Assembly: GCA_964016885.1 (NCBI GenBank)
Contig: OZ024745.1
Coordinates: 29,078,001-29,142,000, forward strand
DNA length: 64,000 nt
Direction of reading: 5' to 3'
Origin: Eledone cirrhosa
Lineage: Eukaryota
Positions 25,201-36,764 of the stretch are shown piece by piece (positions within the stretch are counted from its first letter, which is position 1; each line of letters starts with the position of its first letter). The position numbers and the translations under genes were made by a program. The notes under the pieces were generated by a model. That model saw only the letters and a program-made list of their open reading frames with translations. It was not told the origin of the DNA and did no database searches.

Positions 25201-27800
25201 CCCCTCTATTATTTATTGTGACCGACTGATTTTAGTTATTTTCTACCTTCGGAATTCTCACATTTTCATATATATATGTGTGTGTGTGTTGCTCTACTTT
25301 CACAACATCCACCCCCACTGCTGATTTGGTATATATATATATATATATGTAATCAGCACTGTCATCATTTAACGTCTGTCCTTATAATATATATTATGAA
25401 TACTAGTGATTTCCCAGAATCTGTGCCCCTGCCCACCTTCATTGTAAATCTTATGAAGCAGAGGTGGAACAGTATTCAGCTCCCCACCTGTTAGTGTATT
25501 CCTAATTCCTCTTCTCCAACCAACTCATGCCAGCCCTCCTTTCACACTTATATCCTTGACCCACTTTTCCCCTATACCCCAGGCCAATAAAGAAAAAAAG
25601 ATACACCCCACAATATTTAAGACATCACCCACTTGCTTCCCATTGACTTGGTGCTTGTGAGTCCTCTCTTAAGGTGAGTTCCCTCATCTTCTATCAAAGT
25701 AGCATGTATCCTGCACGCCTCTCACTTAAGCCAACATGGAAAACAAAGCACTCCTCACAATATCAGGCACTATATACTTGCTTCAAAACCACCCTCATAA
25801 CCTGGCACTTCCTTGCCCATGGTTGGATATTTGTATCACCACCCTCCCACCACCTTATAGCCTGCATATCTCCCATTTATACACCTTCACTTCCTTCAAT
25901 CTCACCTGAGCCTGACCAAGGGCACCTAGCACTCTTGTGTTGTAACGAGGTAGTGCTGGTGCCATGATGAAAAACATCTAGTCCACCCGGCAAGGTGGTA
26001 GTGCTGGTGCCACTGTAAAGTGGTTGGTGTGAGGGATGTCATCCAGCTGTAGAAACCATGTTCCCAGTACATACTGTAAAGTAGTTAGCACCCAATCATA
26101 GAAACCAATAGGAAAAATGGAATGTATATGCAAGACGTAATCACGCGCTCAGTCTAGTCTCCATACATGTCAACCTGTCTCACCCTTGTAAGCATGGAAA
26201 ATAAATGTTGATTGTGATATGTTTAGACATATGTACACATGTTGAACTGTCTGTATATATGTATAATATCTGTGACTGTACCAAATTCCACTCACTGCTC
26301 CACTCCCACCCACACTGTCATATTTCTCAGCTGAAATTCATTCATTGTAGTTTACTAATTACTATAATAACACTAATTACTCCTAACCTATTCTGGCGTG
26401 TCTTTGTCCCATTGTTAATAAATTATGAATGGGTTCATTGTTTATAAATTAGTAATAATTATATAATCATCATCATTATCATCATTTTACATTTGCTTTT
26501 CCATGCTGGCATGGGTTGGATGGGTCATCACAGTCTGAATCAGTTGTTACTCAGAGTTACTAAGACTTACTACACACTTAGATAGGTCAGAGGACCATGT
26601 CTTACTTTTTGGTATAGTTTTTACACCTGGATGCCATTCCTAATGCTAACCACTTTATAGATTGTAGTGGATGCATTTCATCATAACATCAACACAAGAG
26701 AGAGTGTTATGCCCACAGCAAGGCCAAAGAGTTCCCATTACTCTCTGCAGTCTTCATTCATTCTTTTATGGCAAACATGAGTGTGAGGGTAGGGGAAGGA
26801 AGAACAAGTGATTGATAGCAGCAGGGAAGAGTAATGGTGAGAGTGGTAGATGTCAAAGAGAGATAATGATGTTTGATGATAGAAGGATGGTTAGCAGTAG
26901 TGGTGACAGTGACGGAATGTTATGTAAAAAAAAAAAAGAAGATATATAAGTCTACATTCTTCTCTATAATTTATAACCAACCTATTTCTTGCTGTGGATG
27001 AAGGCATGGCTGATAGAAAAAGAGGCGATCAAAAAGCTCTTTAACGTTGACTCTCACTCTAGCGTTTTTCATAATATATTGAAAGAAACATGCAAAATGA
27101 ATAGAAATTTAACTGACAACATCGGTAGGACTGGCACTTTCCTCTTTGGTGAAGCTCTCATTGATTTTTTAAAGTTCTAGTTGAAAAGAAAGGTGAGAGT
27201 TGAATGAGAGGTGTTCTTCACTGAATTATATAAAAGGTGGGTGTAACTGTGGTGAAAATGGCAAGAGTGAATGGTTCTGTTCTCAGCATGAGTTTGTAGG
27301 TTGGAGAAGAAACATTGGAAGAGGGTACTTGACTGTGGTGATCAGGGTGACTCTGGACTTATGGGGTTCCTTGATTGTCCCTATTAGATGATCTCCTTCT
27401 ACCAGGAAGACATAAGACTGTATCATCAACATATATACTTTGTATACTTCTTTTGTTTTTGTTCTCATCTGATTTTTATGTAAACTCCACACTTTATGTA
27501 ACTTATCTTTGTAATGCTCCTCCCCCATTTGGTACTCTGCAGCATAGTCCTTTACATTTTGAGTTCAACTGCCACCTTTCTGGAGTCAATAAAATAAAGT
27601 ACCAGTTAAGTACTGGGATTGATTTAATCAACTTTCCCCTTCCCCAAATTGCTGACCCTGTTATTAGTCTTATTTTCATTATGGGCTGTCACTGCATTAC
27701 TGAGCACAGCTCTGTGTGTCATGGGCATGTGCAGTGGTGTTTTCGGTGTTGTTATCATGTCATTTGTAAATTGTCTTATTTCGTTATCTCTTCTTTACAG

Positions 27801-27901
27801 TATCCCAGAACTGGCAGTGATGTTGAAATTCTTGAAGAGATGATATTTGGTTCTGTTGCAATGGCCTACAAAGGAGCTTCACTCAAAGTACACATTCTTA
27901 G
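27801..27901 (+). CDS. FNIP: FNIP exon (0->2): [33 protein letters not shown](R)
   Basis: Acceptor ttctttacag, donor gtagag. Contains the EMxFGSVAMxYKG motif. Confidence 0.95.
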
Positions 27902-28788
27902 GTAGAGATTAATTATTATATTTATTAATTACTTCAGTTACGGTGATTGCCTGTACAAGTAAAAGTTGAGAAATTGGAGGTGACAATGTTTAGCAATAAA
28001 GTGGAGAAAATAGAGAGTTTGAGAGGACTCATCAGTCTGGTCTAGTATGTAACAACTTCTCTAGTGCTGGTGCCACAATAAAGTCCACCCTGGAAAATGG
28101 TGTCACAAAAAATGCACCCAGTATACCCTTTAAGGTGGTTGGCATTAAGAAAGGCATCCAGCTATAAAGCCATTCCAAATATTGGATGTGACGAGCAAGA
28201 TAGGATTGCTCCAACTCGTTTTGTTTCAGACTGTGACAATCTGTTTAACTCATGCCAGCATGGAAAGTGATGATGTAGGTGCAGAGTTGTTGTTATATTT
28301 GATTCAGCCCATAACACACTGGTTCAAATCCTGCCAAAAGTCAACTCTGCCTTTCATTCTGAATACGACAAATAAAGTACCAGTACAGTACTTGGTTGAT
28401 TCTTCCAATATATCTATTTATTCTCTCTCTCACACACACATTGTGGGTAATGATCGAAAGAATACAATCAAGGTTTTTTTAATAATGCCACTCAATAGAG
28501 TGTGTAGCTCAGAGATGAAGGTGTTGTTACATGTAGAGCTGCTACTTCTTAGAATGTCTAAGGAAATAATTACTTGACAGATTTTACGGGCAAAACCAAC
28601 TGGCAGGAGATCCAGTGTTAGACTCTGAGCAAGACGGTTGGATAACATCTACGAGCTTGGCTGGTCTCACTTGGGGATCCAGCCATATCAATTGATTTTG
28701 ACTGAATCCACTGGAAGTCATGCTTGACGATTCTGCCTTCATGACTCTCCCAGAAATTAGTTGGCAAAAAATAAGTGTTTTTGATAAA

Positions 28789-28983
28789 TACAATGGGCAT
28801 CAGAAAAGTTCATAGACTGACCAAGATACTCTCATGGAATATCCAAATGAGTTTTATTTTTCAACATAGTCCCTGGAAAGAAACAATGCAGTTATTAAGA
28901 AGAGTTGAAATTAATGCATGATTTCACAACTCCAGCATCACTACTTCATAGTCAGCCTATGAACTTTACAGTCGGCTCTCGTA
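28789..28983. mobile_element. Mariner-like MITE, copy 2
   Basis: AAAGTTCATAGACTGAC / GTCAGCCTATGAACTTT inverted ends; element ends CTCGTA. Homologous to 7587-7760. Confidence 0.7.
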
Positions 28984-29147
28984 TAAACATATTAAAACAG
29001 ACATGGTTACAAGTAGTTTGGTATCAGAAAGAATTAAAATAAAGTTTTACAACATATAGCCAGGGACAGTTTGAAGGGATTTGATATCAAAAGGATTAAA
29101 CTGCTGTGTGTTCATTTCAACTGTAATTCTGTGACTTCTCTTTTTAG

Positions 29148-29213
29148 ATCACCACATCAACTTATGTTAACCAAAGTTTTCTTACCTGAACAAGAAAAGA
29201 AAGAAACCGGCAG
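29148..29213 (+). CDS. FNIP: FNIP exon (2->2): SPHQLMLTKVFLPEQEKKETG
   Basis: Acceptor ctctttttag, donor gtatgt. Continues the RSPxQLMLxKVF motif. Confidence 0.92.
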
Positions 29214-29416
29214 GTATGTGTGTTAAAAAGCAAACAGTAGGGTGGGAGGTCATTCACTGTTGTTGTTAGTGGTGATGTTGATAAATTGGTAGTGTCAGAT
29301 AAAATGCCATTGTGGTTCTTTATATGCTTACTTTAAATCCTGCTGAGGTCAACTTCGCCTTTCGGTCTTCTTAGGTGGACAAAATAAAGTTCCAATCAAG
29401 TTCTGTGGTAGTGTTA

Positions 29417-29625
29417 CTGTATATACTCGAATATAAGCCAAGGAATATTTGACCAAAAAAATTAATGGTAGAAGGGGAGTCAGTTTATATTTGGGGTCAA
29501 TATTTTGACAATTTTCACCAACTTCAAATTTTATGTAAATAAGGTTTGGATTTTTCCTCCATTTCTCAGATATAAGATAGTAGGATCTGCTTATATTCAT
29601 ATCGGATATATTCTAGTATATACAG
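29417..29625. mobile_element. Tc2/pogo-like MITE; degraded second copy at ~33083-33270
   Basis: TA-flanked TIRs CTGTATATACTCGAATATA / TATATTCTAGTATATACAG. Internal sequence shared with the 33083 copy. Confidence 0.7.
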
Positions 29626-29782
29626 TAATCAACTTTGCTCTCTAACAAAATATTATGGCTTTATGCCTAAATTAGAAATCATCTCTCGTAGGTTCTGCAG
29701 CCATCTTTATCATGACTAGAATTTAATATTGAAAATGTCTCTCCTTTATGGATTGTTGCAACTAATTTGCTGTTGTTCTCCA

Positions 29783-30138
29783 TTAACCCTTTTTATAGTA
29801 AACCACCTGACACCACCCTTGCTTTTATAGTACTAGACTTGTGTTTATATTTATCTAAAAACCTTCCATCATAATTATATGAGTTTAATAATAAGAAAGT
29901 TATATTACTAATTCCCTTTAATTTCTTCATTAATTCCAAAATTATTTAAAAAAATCATAGACAGTGTCTTTCATTAGAAATATAGTAACAGAAAGGTTAA
30001 AGTGTTTATATTTAATCTAAATATAAATTTATTTAAAAACCTTTAAGTTTTAAACACCAGCTTAATTGAATATTTTCAAAATTATTGAAAAATCATCGAC
30101 AGTTTCTTTAATTAGAAATAGGGTAATGAAAGGGTTAA
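29783..30138. mobile_element. TTAA-flanked MITE family (piggyBac-like ends): one full copy plus a tandem partial; further copies at ~31925-32130 and ~34335-34594
   Basis: TTAACCCT...AAGGTTAA / AGGGTTAA termini. Shared internal motifs AAACCACCTGA, CTTCCATCATAATT and TTTCATTAGAAATA. Confidence 0.55.
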
Positions 30139-30169
30139 ATCACACGTCTCTTTTGTTTGTTTGTTTCAG

Positions 30170-30252
30170 TGAAGTTGATAGTGACTCTTGCATCAGTCTT
30201 CCACCTGTAGATTTAAGCTCTTTGAAACGTAGCAGTTCCAAGGGCAATATAG
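30170..30252 (+). CDS. FNIP: FNIP exon (2->1): EVDSDSCISLPPVDLSSLKRSSSKGNI
   Basis: Acceptor ttgtttcag, donor gtgagt. Its phases link the two flanking exons. Low-complexity linker, so sequence support is weak. Confidence 0.8.
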
Positions 30253-30850
30253 GTGAGTATAACATAATTAGAGCCTTCCATTGCTGTCATAGTCTCTCTT
30301 TCTTGCTCTTAAATTGTTTTCTAATTTAGACACAATGAAGCTGCATTGTTTAGTGGTTAGAGCATTGGGCTTACAATCATCAGGTTGTGAGTTCAATTCT
30401 CAGACCGGGCAGTGTTTTGTGTGCTAAAGTAAGACACTTTATTTCAAGTTACTCTAGTTTACTCAGCTGTAGAAATGAGTTCGACCCAAACCTTGTGAGT
30501 AAAATTGAATAGACAGAAACTGTTTGAAGCTTGTCAGATGGACTGTGCTTGTTGAGAGGGCCAGCCTTATTACACCAAACCTCTCTGAGTACTTATATTA
30601 AGGATACATGTATCAGTGGAATACCCAGCCACTTGCAGGTTAATTTCATGAGCAGGCAGTTCCATTGATCAATCAACTGGAACATTCATCGTTAAACAAA
30701 TTCGTCCAATAATTGTATGAATGTAACTTCGCAGAGCATGATGATTAATACATAATATACCAAGGATATAGATAGAATTATATTTTATTTGTTTTACGTA
30801 AAACTAATAAAATGATATAATCCTACTTGTACTCTTGGTTTATTATTTAC

Positions 30851-30881
<31 letters not shown>

Positions 30882-31436
30882 GTGTTATGAAGGGCATCCA
30901 GCTGTAAAATACCCGGCCAAATTTATAGTCCTCGTCAGAGCAAGGTTCGACATGGCCAACCATGGCCAGACTTGCCTCCCGGTATGGATGACCCATCTAA
31001 CCCATGCTAAATGGAAATGATACTATGTATAGTAAATTCCCGTAGGTGTAAAAAGTGAATAAGGAAAACTGTTCATTCAGAGATGATAATATTATTTACC
31101 CTTGCAAGCAGGGAAAAGCGGACGTAAAAGGAAAGGAAATGAATGAATGAATATATGATATCCAGTCCACTCTGTAAAGTGGTTACAATTAGGAAGGACA
31201 TTGAACTGTAGAAATCATGCCATAGATGGAATGTAAGAGCAAGATTTTGTTCAACCTGTTCAGCCTCTGACTGTAACATCTTAATGAATTAGTGTCATGT
31301 AAAATGATGCTGATGAACATCCAATGTATTTGGATGTTCATCTTTATCTCTATCTCTTTGTTTATATATCTTTATCTCTATCTCTTTGTTTATATATCCC
31401 AATGTGAAATACTAAATCTATGTTGTTTATCTGCAG

Positions 31437-31505
31437 CCCATAGCTTACCAGTGGATATGCCGCTAAGGAACTATGATGCTGAAGAAGACAGTGGGAGGGC
31501 TTCAA
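31437..31505 (+). CDS. FNIP: FNIP exon (1->1): AHSLPVDMPLRNYDAEEDSGRAS
   Basis: Acceptor atctgcag, donor gtaggt. Matches AHSxPVDMP...DSG of vertebrate FNIP. Confidence 0.9.
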
Positions 31506-32139
31506 GTAGGTATCACTTTCTGTTTTTTTTTTTTTGCTGTTGTTTTTTTTAATATTCTACTGATTCCTGGTAACAGCTGCTGGCCACTTTTAGTGATGGT
31601 AGAGCATCCAACTGTAGAAAGCTTGCCAAAAATTTGAGTGGACCCTTCAGTTATGTCAAAGACATGGTAACTTTCCTAGTGTTGGTGATAGGAAGAGCAT
31701 CCAGCCATAGAAAACTTGTCAAACAAAGGGTTAAGAGGACCCTTCAGTTGTATCAAAGACATGACAACCTCCTTAGTGTTGGTGCCACAATAAAATGTAC
31801 TCAGTAGAACATGGGACCATATGTAAGTCAGTAGCCTTGCTTCAGTACTGACACTGTTCGTAAAGGACCATCCAACCCTGCTATCAAGGAAAGTAGATGT
31901 TAAATGATGATGATACTATTTTGTTTTCATACCAAACCACCTGAAACCACTCCTGGTTCTCTATTAAAAAAAACTGCTTGTTTTAAATTGTTATCTAAAA
32001 AGCTTCCATCATAATTTTATGTAAGAACCTTTTATTTTCCAAACAACAGTTTAATAACGAAAAAGTTGTTACTTTGCTAAATCGCTCCAAATTATTTTCA
32101 AAATTATTAAATGTGATAATGAAAGGGTTACGTCACTAA

Positions 32140-32420
32140 TCTGTACCTTACTCTGCTGCACCCTCTCCTACCCTACTGTACTGTACCCTACTCTATTGTA
32201 CCCTACTCTACTGTACCTTACTCTGCTGTACCCTACTCTACTGTATCCTACTCTGCTGTACCCTACCCTACTGTACCTTACTCTACTGTACCCTACTCTA
32301 TTGTACCCTACCCTACTCTACTGTACCCTACCCTATTGTACCCTATCCTACTCTACTGTACCTTACTATACTGTACTCTACTCTACTGTACCCTACTCTG
32401 CTGTACCCTACTCCACTACA
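32140..32420. repeat. Compound pentanucleotide repeat (CTGTA/CCCTA/CTCTA)
   Basis: Visible directly in the sequence. Confidence 0.9.
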
Positions 32421-32691
32421 TGATACTTCATTAAAACCTACTTTTTTTCTTGTGTAAAAGACTGTTACAAAGATCAGTTTCTAGGGCCCACCACAAGGAG
32501 GTCGACAACTTGGGCCCTCACAACTTCAATTCATTAAACACTACTTCACTATACCTCACTTCACTCTACTCTGCTAAACCTCATTCTACTAAATACTGCT
32601 CCACTAATCTCCACTCCATTAGACCCCACTCCACTAAGGGTTTCAATTTCAGTGAGCTCCCTAACTGATCATCATTTGTTTTTTTTTGCAG

Positions 32692-32846
32692 TAACATCTA
32701 GTGACAGTTTCACCACTTCGTTCCCCTCACCTGGTAGCAGCACTGCTAGCAGCTACAACAGTCTCCACAGAAGATGGATGAGGGCCCAGAAAACATCCCT
32801 GGAGTCACGTGGAAGGAAAGGATCGCAAGAAATATTTGGATCTGAA
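32692..32846 (+). CDS. FNIP: FNIP exon (1->0): TSSDSFTTSFPSPGSSTASSYNSLHRRWMRAQKTSLESRGRKGSQEIFGSE
   Basis: Acceptor tttttttgcag, donor gtaagt. Contains FPSPxSS and RRWxRxQxTSLE. Confidence 0.92.
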
Positions 32847-33598
32847 GTAAGTCATGCACTCAGTATACTCAATAAATTGGCAGTACTCGTGACACGATAA
32901 AATGTGTCCAGGACACTCTGTTAAGCAGTAGTACTGGAACTGCGATAAAATGCACCCAGTACACTGTAAAATGTTTGATAGTTGAACAGTCAGGGCAATA
33001 TAAAGAGGATTCTTTAGTCTTGTCAAGAACAGGGCAATCTCTATATGATAAAGTGCATTCAGTACACTTTGTAAAATGATTACCATATATACTTGAATAT
33101 AAGCCAAGGAATATGTGACCAAAACATCCATGATAAAATGGGAGGTTGGCTTATATACATCATCTAAGAAATATGTTGATTAGCTACCTCAGTTTATAAA
33201 CAGGGTTTGGATTTTCGCCTATTTCTCAGATATAGAATAAGGGTGTCAGCTTATATTTGAGTATATGTAGAAAGTTATCGTAGGTACTGAAGAGTCGTTA
33301 GTCTGGTCAAGGACATGACAACCTCTCTGGTGTTGGTGCCAAGATAAAATTTACCCTATACTCACTGAAAAGTTGTTGGTGTCATGAAGAACATCTAGCA
33401 GTCGAAATCAGGTAAAAAAATGGAATATATGAGTGAAATGTTAGCCTTTGACCCATCTAGGAAGGTAGTAACTCTGAATAAGAAATCTCTTGGGCAGTAA
33501 GAAGTTATCCAACCCATGTCATCTTAGAAAGCAAGTGTAAAATGTTGACAAAGGGGATCGATCATGCTGATGATAACGATATTTCATTTCAATTGCAG

Positions 33599-33681
33599 AC
33601 ATCATCTTTACCGAGATCTCGAAGAAACAAACTTGGGATTGCTGTGTTATTTAATTTATGGAATGATGAAGAAAAAAATAG
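33599..33681 (+). CDS. FNIP: FNIP exon (0->2): TSSLPRSRRNKLGIAVLFNLWNDEEKN
   Basis: Acceptor aattgcag, donor gtattt. Start of FNIP_M, similar to K(I/L)xIxVxFxL. Confidence 0.88.
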
Positions 33682-34185
33682 GTATTTATTGTTACTTTTC
33701 TTTAGCTCTTAATGTCCTGTACCACATGAAACCACTTTAGCCAGATATTCTTGAAAATGTACAAAACAGCATTATGATTGCATAACATGAAAAATTAAAG
33801 TCTTTATGTTAATAATACTGCAAATTTTCACAACAGTCTCTTCATTAGTAAAGATACCATAAAAATTTGAATTAACAAACCACATGAGTAAGACTTTCTT
33901 GAAAAGTACAAAACAGTACTATGACTGCATCCCATTACAAATTCAAGTTTTTATTCTAAAACTAAAATTTTCACAATGATCTGTTCATTAGTAAAGATAC
34001 AATAAAGATTACTAAAGCTGTTTTAGATATTTAAAACGTCATATTGATCTTTAATATTTAATAGTTGTTTCTGATTAAATCATAGAATTTTCACAGGGTC
34101 AGCTAGTTATTTTCAAAATTAAATGTCAAAAGAAACTAAAACAATCGACTTTGTATTTTTTCTGACTTTTCATTCTTCGTTTCAG

Positions 34186-34306
34186 TTTGTTCCTGACATT
34201 CTTTTTTGCTCACATTCCATTATTTGAGGGTCATTTAGAGAAACTCAGTCAAACTGTGAACCATGCCTTCAACAACAAGAAATATTTTTTGTCAATAGTG
34301 ATGGAG
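34186..34306 (+). CDS. FNIP: FNIP exon (2->0): LFLTFFFAHIPLFEGHLEKLSQTVNHAFNNKKYFLSIVME
   Basis: Acceptor cgtttcag, donor gtaatt. Contains FFFxHxPLFExHxxKL. Confidence 0.93.
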
Positions 34307-34727
34307 GTAATTCTCATAATATTTTATACCTACCTCAACCCTTTTGATATCAAACTGCCTGAAACTGCTGCTGTTGGTTTTCTGATACAAAATTATTTAT
34401 TTTAAAGTGTTTATACTTATCTCAAACCCTTCTATCATAATTTTATGAAAGAATATTTATGTTCTAAACATAACAATGAGAAAATTAGTCATAGAAGTAC
34501 TAAATCTTTCCAAATTCTTGTTTATTTTCAAAATTATTATTAAAAATCATATCCAGTGTCTTTCATTAGAAATATGGTAATGAAAGAGTTTTAATTAAAC
34601 CAAATACTAACTGAAAGAACGAGAAGTCATTCAGTCAGTGTTTCTAAGGTTTAAAGTTAGAATCACTACTGCATCGAGCTAACAAACCTTTATATTAATA
34701 ACACTAACAATCTTGTTATCTCTACAG

Positions 34728-34900
34728 GGTTTGGAAATATTACGAAGTGACCTACATGACCTGTATACAGCTCCACGCCTCTCGGAACCTGTGTGGATCA
34801 GTATGATGGCACACAGTAATTACAAATATGTCCACTGCAATAAGTTTATGCAACAATTCACAGCACTTGTTGATAAATTTGAAAACAAAAATACACACTT
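34728..34900 (+). CDS. FNIP: FNIP exon (0->2): GLEILRSDLHDLYTAPRLSEPVWISMM...ENKNTH(F)
   Basis: Acceptor tctctacag, donor gtaagt. Contains LYTxPRxxEPVWxxMM. Confidence 0.94.
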
Positions 34901-36431
34901 GTAAGTATTTTATTCTTGTATTTTGCGAGGGTCATGCTATCAATTAAAACAAATGCACCAGTCAGTTTCATTTTAGGTTTTCTTATTATTCAGGTAATGC
35001 CATAAAATTACAGCCCTTTATGTTCTGAGTTCAAATCCCGTTGAGGTTAGCTTTGTCTTTCAGCTTTATAGTATAGGATCAATAAAATAAAGCACCAGTA
35101 ATGCATTGAGGGCAATTTAATCGACTTTCCCCTCTCCCAAAATTGTTGGATTTGTGTCTAAATCAGAAACCATTATTATTCAGGTAATTAGTGCTTGTGC
35201 CATACTAAAATGCACCCACTACACTCTGTAAAATTGTAGCACTGGTGCCACAATAAAATGTACCTGTCCAACCTATGCTAGCATGGAAAAGTGGACTTAC
35301 AATGATGGAATAATTAATCCATTCATCAGTTGATTAATTAATCAATGAATTAATTGTTGAAGGCCTTTTGTCACAGCTTGTGACCATATCAATTGTTCTC
35401 TCTGTCTTCTCTTCATCTCTCTACTCCACCTTTTTTTCTTTTGAAACAAAAGAATTGGAAATGGACCAGTGCATATGTTTTAAATGACAGCATGACCCTC
35501 TCCAATCAGTGGCAAATTGGGTGTGGAGTGGGATAGGGTGGGGTTGACTAGTCTGTAGCCTTAAAGAATTCCAAATTATTTTTTTGCCACCATAAATAGT
35601 ACATAAGGTTCCAAATGAAATTTACAGCTAGGAGTCCTATGATATTCATAAGGCTCCCATAAATAATTACACATGGGCCTCATGCAAGCTTAATCGTTCT
35701 GTCACAAATTTACAGCAGTATCTGTTTCAACACATGATTTCACATAAAGAATCTTAAATAACAAATACAAGAACAAAGTATTCTATTCTCTTGATTTGTT
35801 ATTTTTTTTATTGGTTTCAGTCATAAAATTACTGCCATGCTGAGGCACCGCCTTAAAAGGATTTAGTGGATCATATCAGCCCCAGTACTTTATCAATCAC
35901 TTTTTATCGAACTGCTTAACTATGGGACATAAACAAACAGTAAACATTATCACACACACACGGCAGGCTTCCATATATTTTCTGTCTACCAAACTTCACT
36001 CACAAGGAATTGGTTAACCCAAGGCTATAGTAGAAGACAATTGGTCAAGGTGCCACATAGTGGGACTGAACTCTTATATATAGTCTTATGTTCTATTGAG
36101 TGCAGAGGGGAGGTTGTCATGTCTTTGACACAACTGAAGGGTCTTCCCAAACCTTTGTTTGGCAAGCTTTCTATGGCTGGATGCCCTGCTTATCACCAAC
36201 CACTGTATAGCATGTACTGGGTGCATTTATCATATAGATCACCACATGTGTGGAGTACTCAAGGGTACATGTATTTGTGGAATATTAAGCCACTTGTTAA
36301 TTGCATGAGAAAGCTGTTCCATTGATCAAACAACTGGAATACTCATCTTTAAAACCAACAGATCCATTCCATTCTGTGTGTATGCCTGTCTGTATGTCTA
36401 CTAATGAGGTACATGTATTTGTCTATTCCAG

Positions 36432-36549
36432 CTTTATGAGTACAGTAATCAGTGCTGTACTAACGTATCACCTGGCCTGGGTACCCACAGTCACACCCAC
36501 GGGTGGAACAACATCAAAGAAATACATGGACAAACATTCAGCTAAATGG
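36432..36549 (+). CDS. FNIP: FNIP exon (2->0): FMSTVISAVLTYHLAWVPTVTPTGGTTSKKYMDKHSAKW
   Basis: Acceptor ctattccag, donor gtcagt. Contains AVLTxHLAWVPTV. Confidence 0.95.
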
Positions 36550-36764
36550 GTCAGTTTCTATCTCTACCTTTCTTTCTCTCCCCCATTTCCCTACTCATAC
36601 TTTCTTGTGATACTGGTGTGTGTGTAGTTTTGTCTTTGCGTGCAATTGTTCTCCACGCTCCACATATAACGTATTATCTTCGTTTTTTCCATTCATTGCC
36701 AGAGAACGTCTCTATGAACCAACTAAGAGAATATTAGTCTACGACTTCTTTTATACCATAAACG

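Noticed and set aside
27375-27800. 5' part of ORF 27375..27905 as coding sequence
   Set aside because: It runs through a SINE and intron sequence. Only 27801-27901 is FNIP-like and bounded by splice sites.
33747-34007. Two diverged ~115-bp direct repeats in an FNIP intron
   Set aside because: An old local duplication with no coding, terminal or structural signal.
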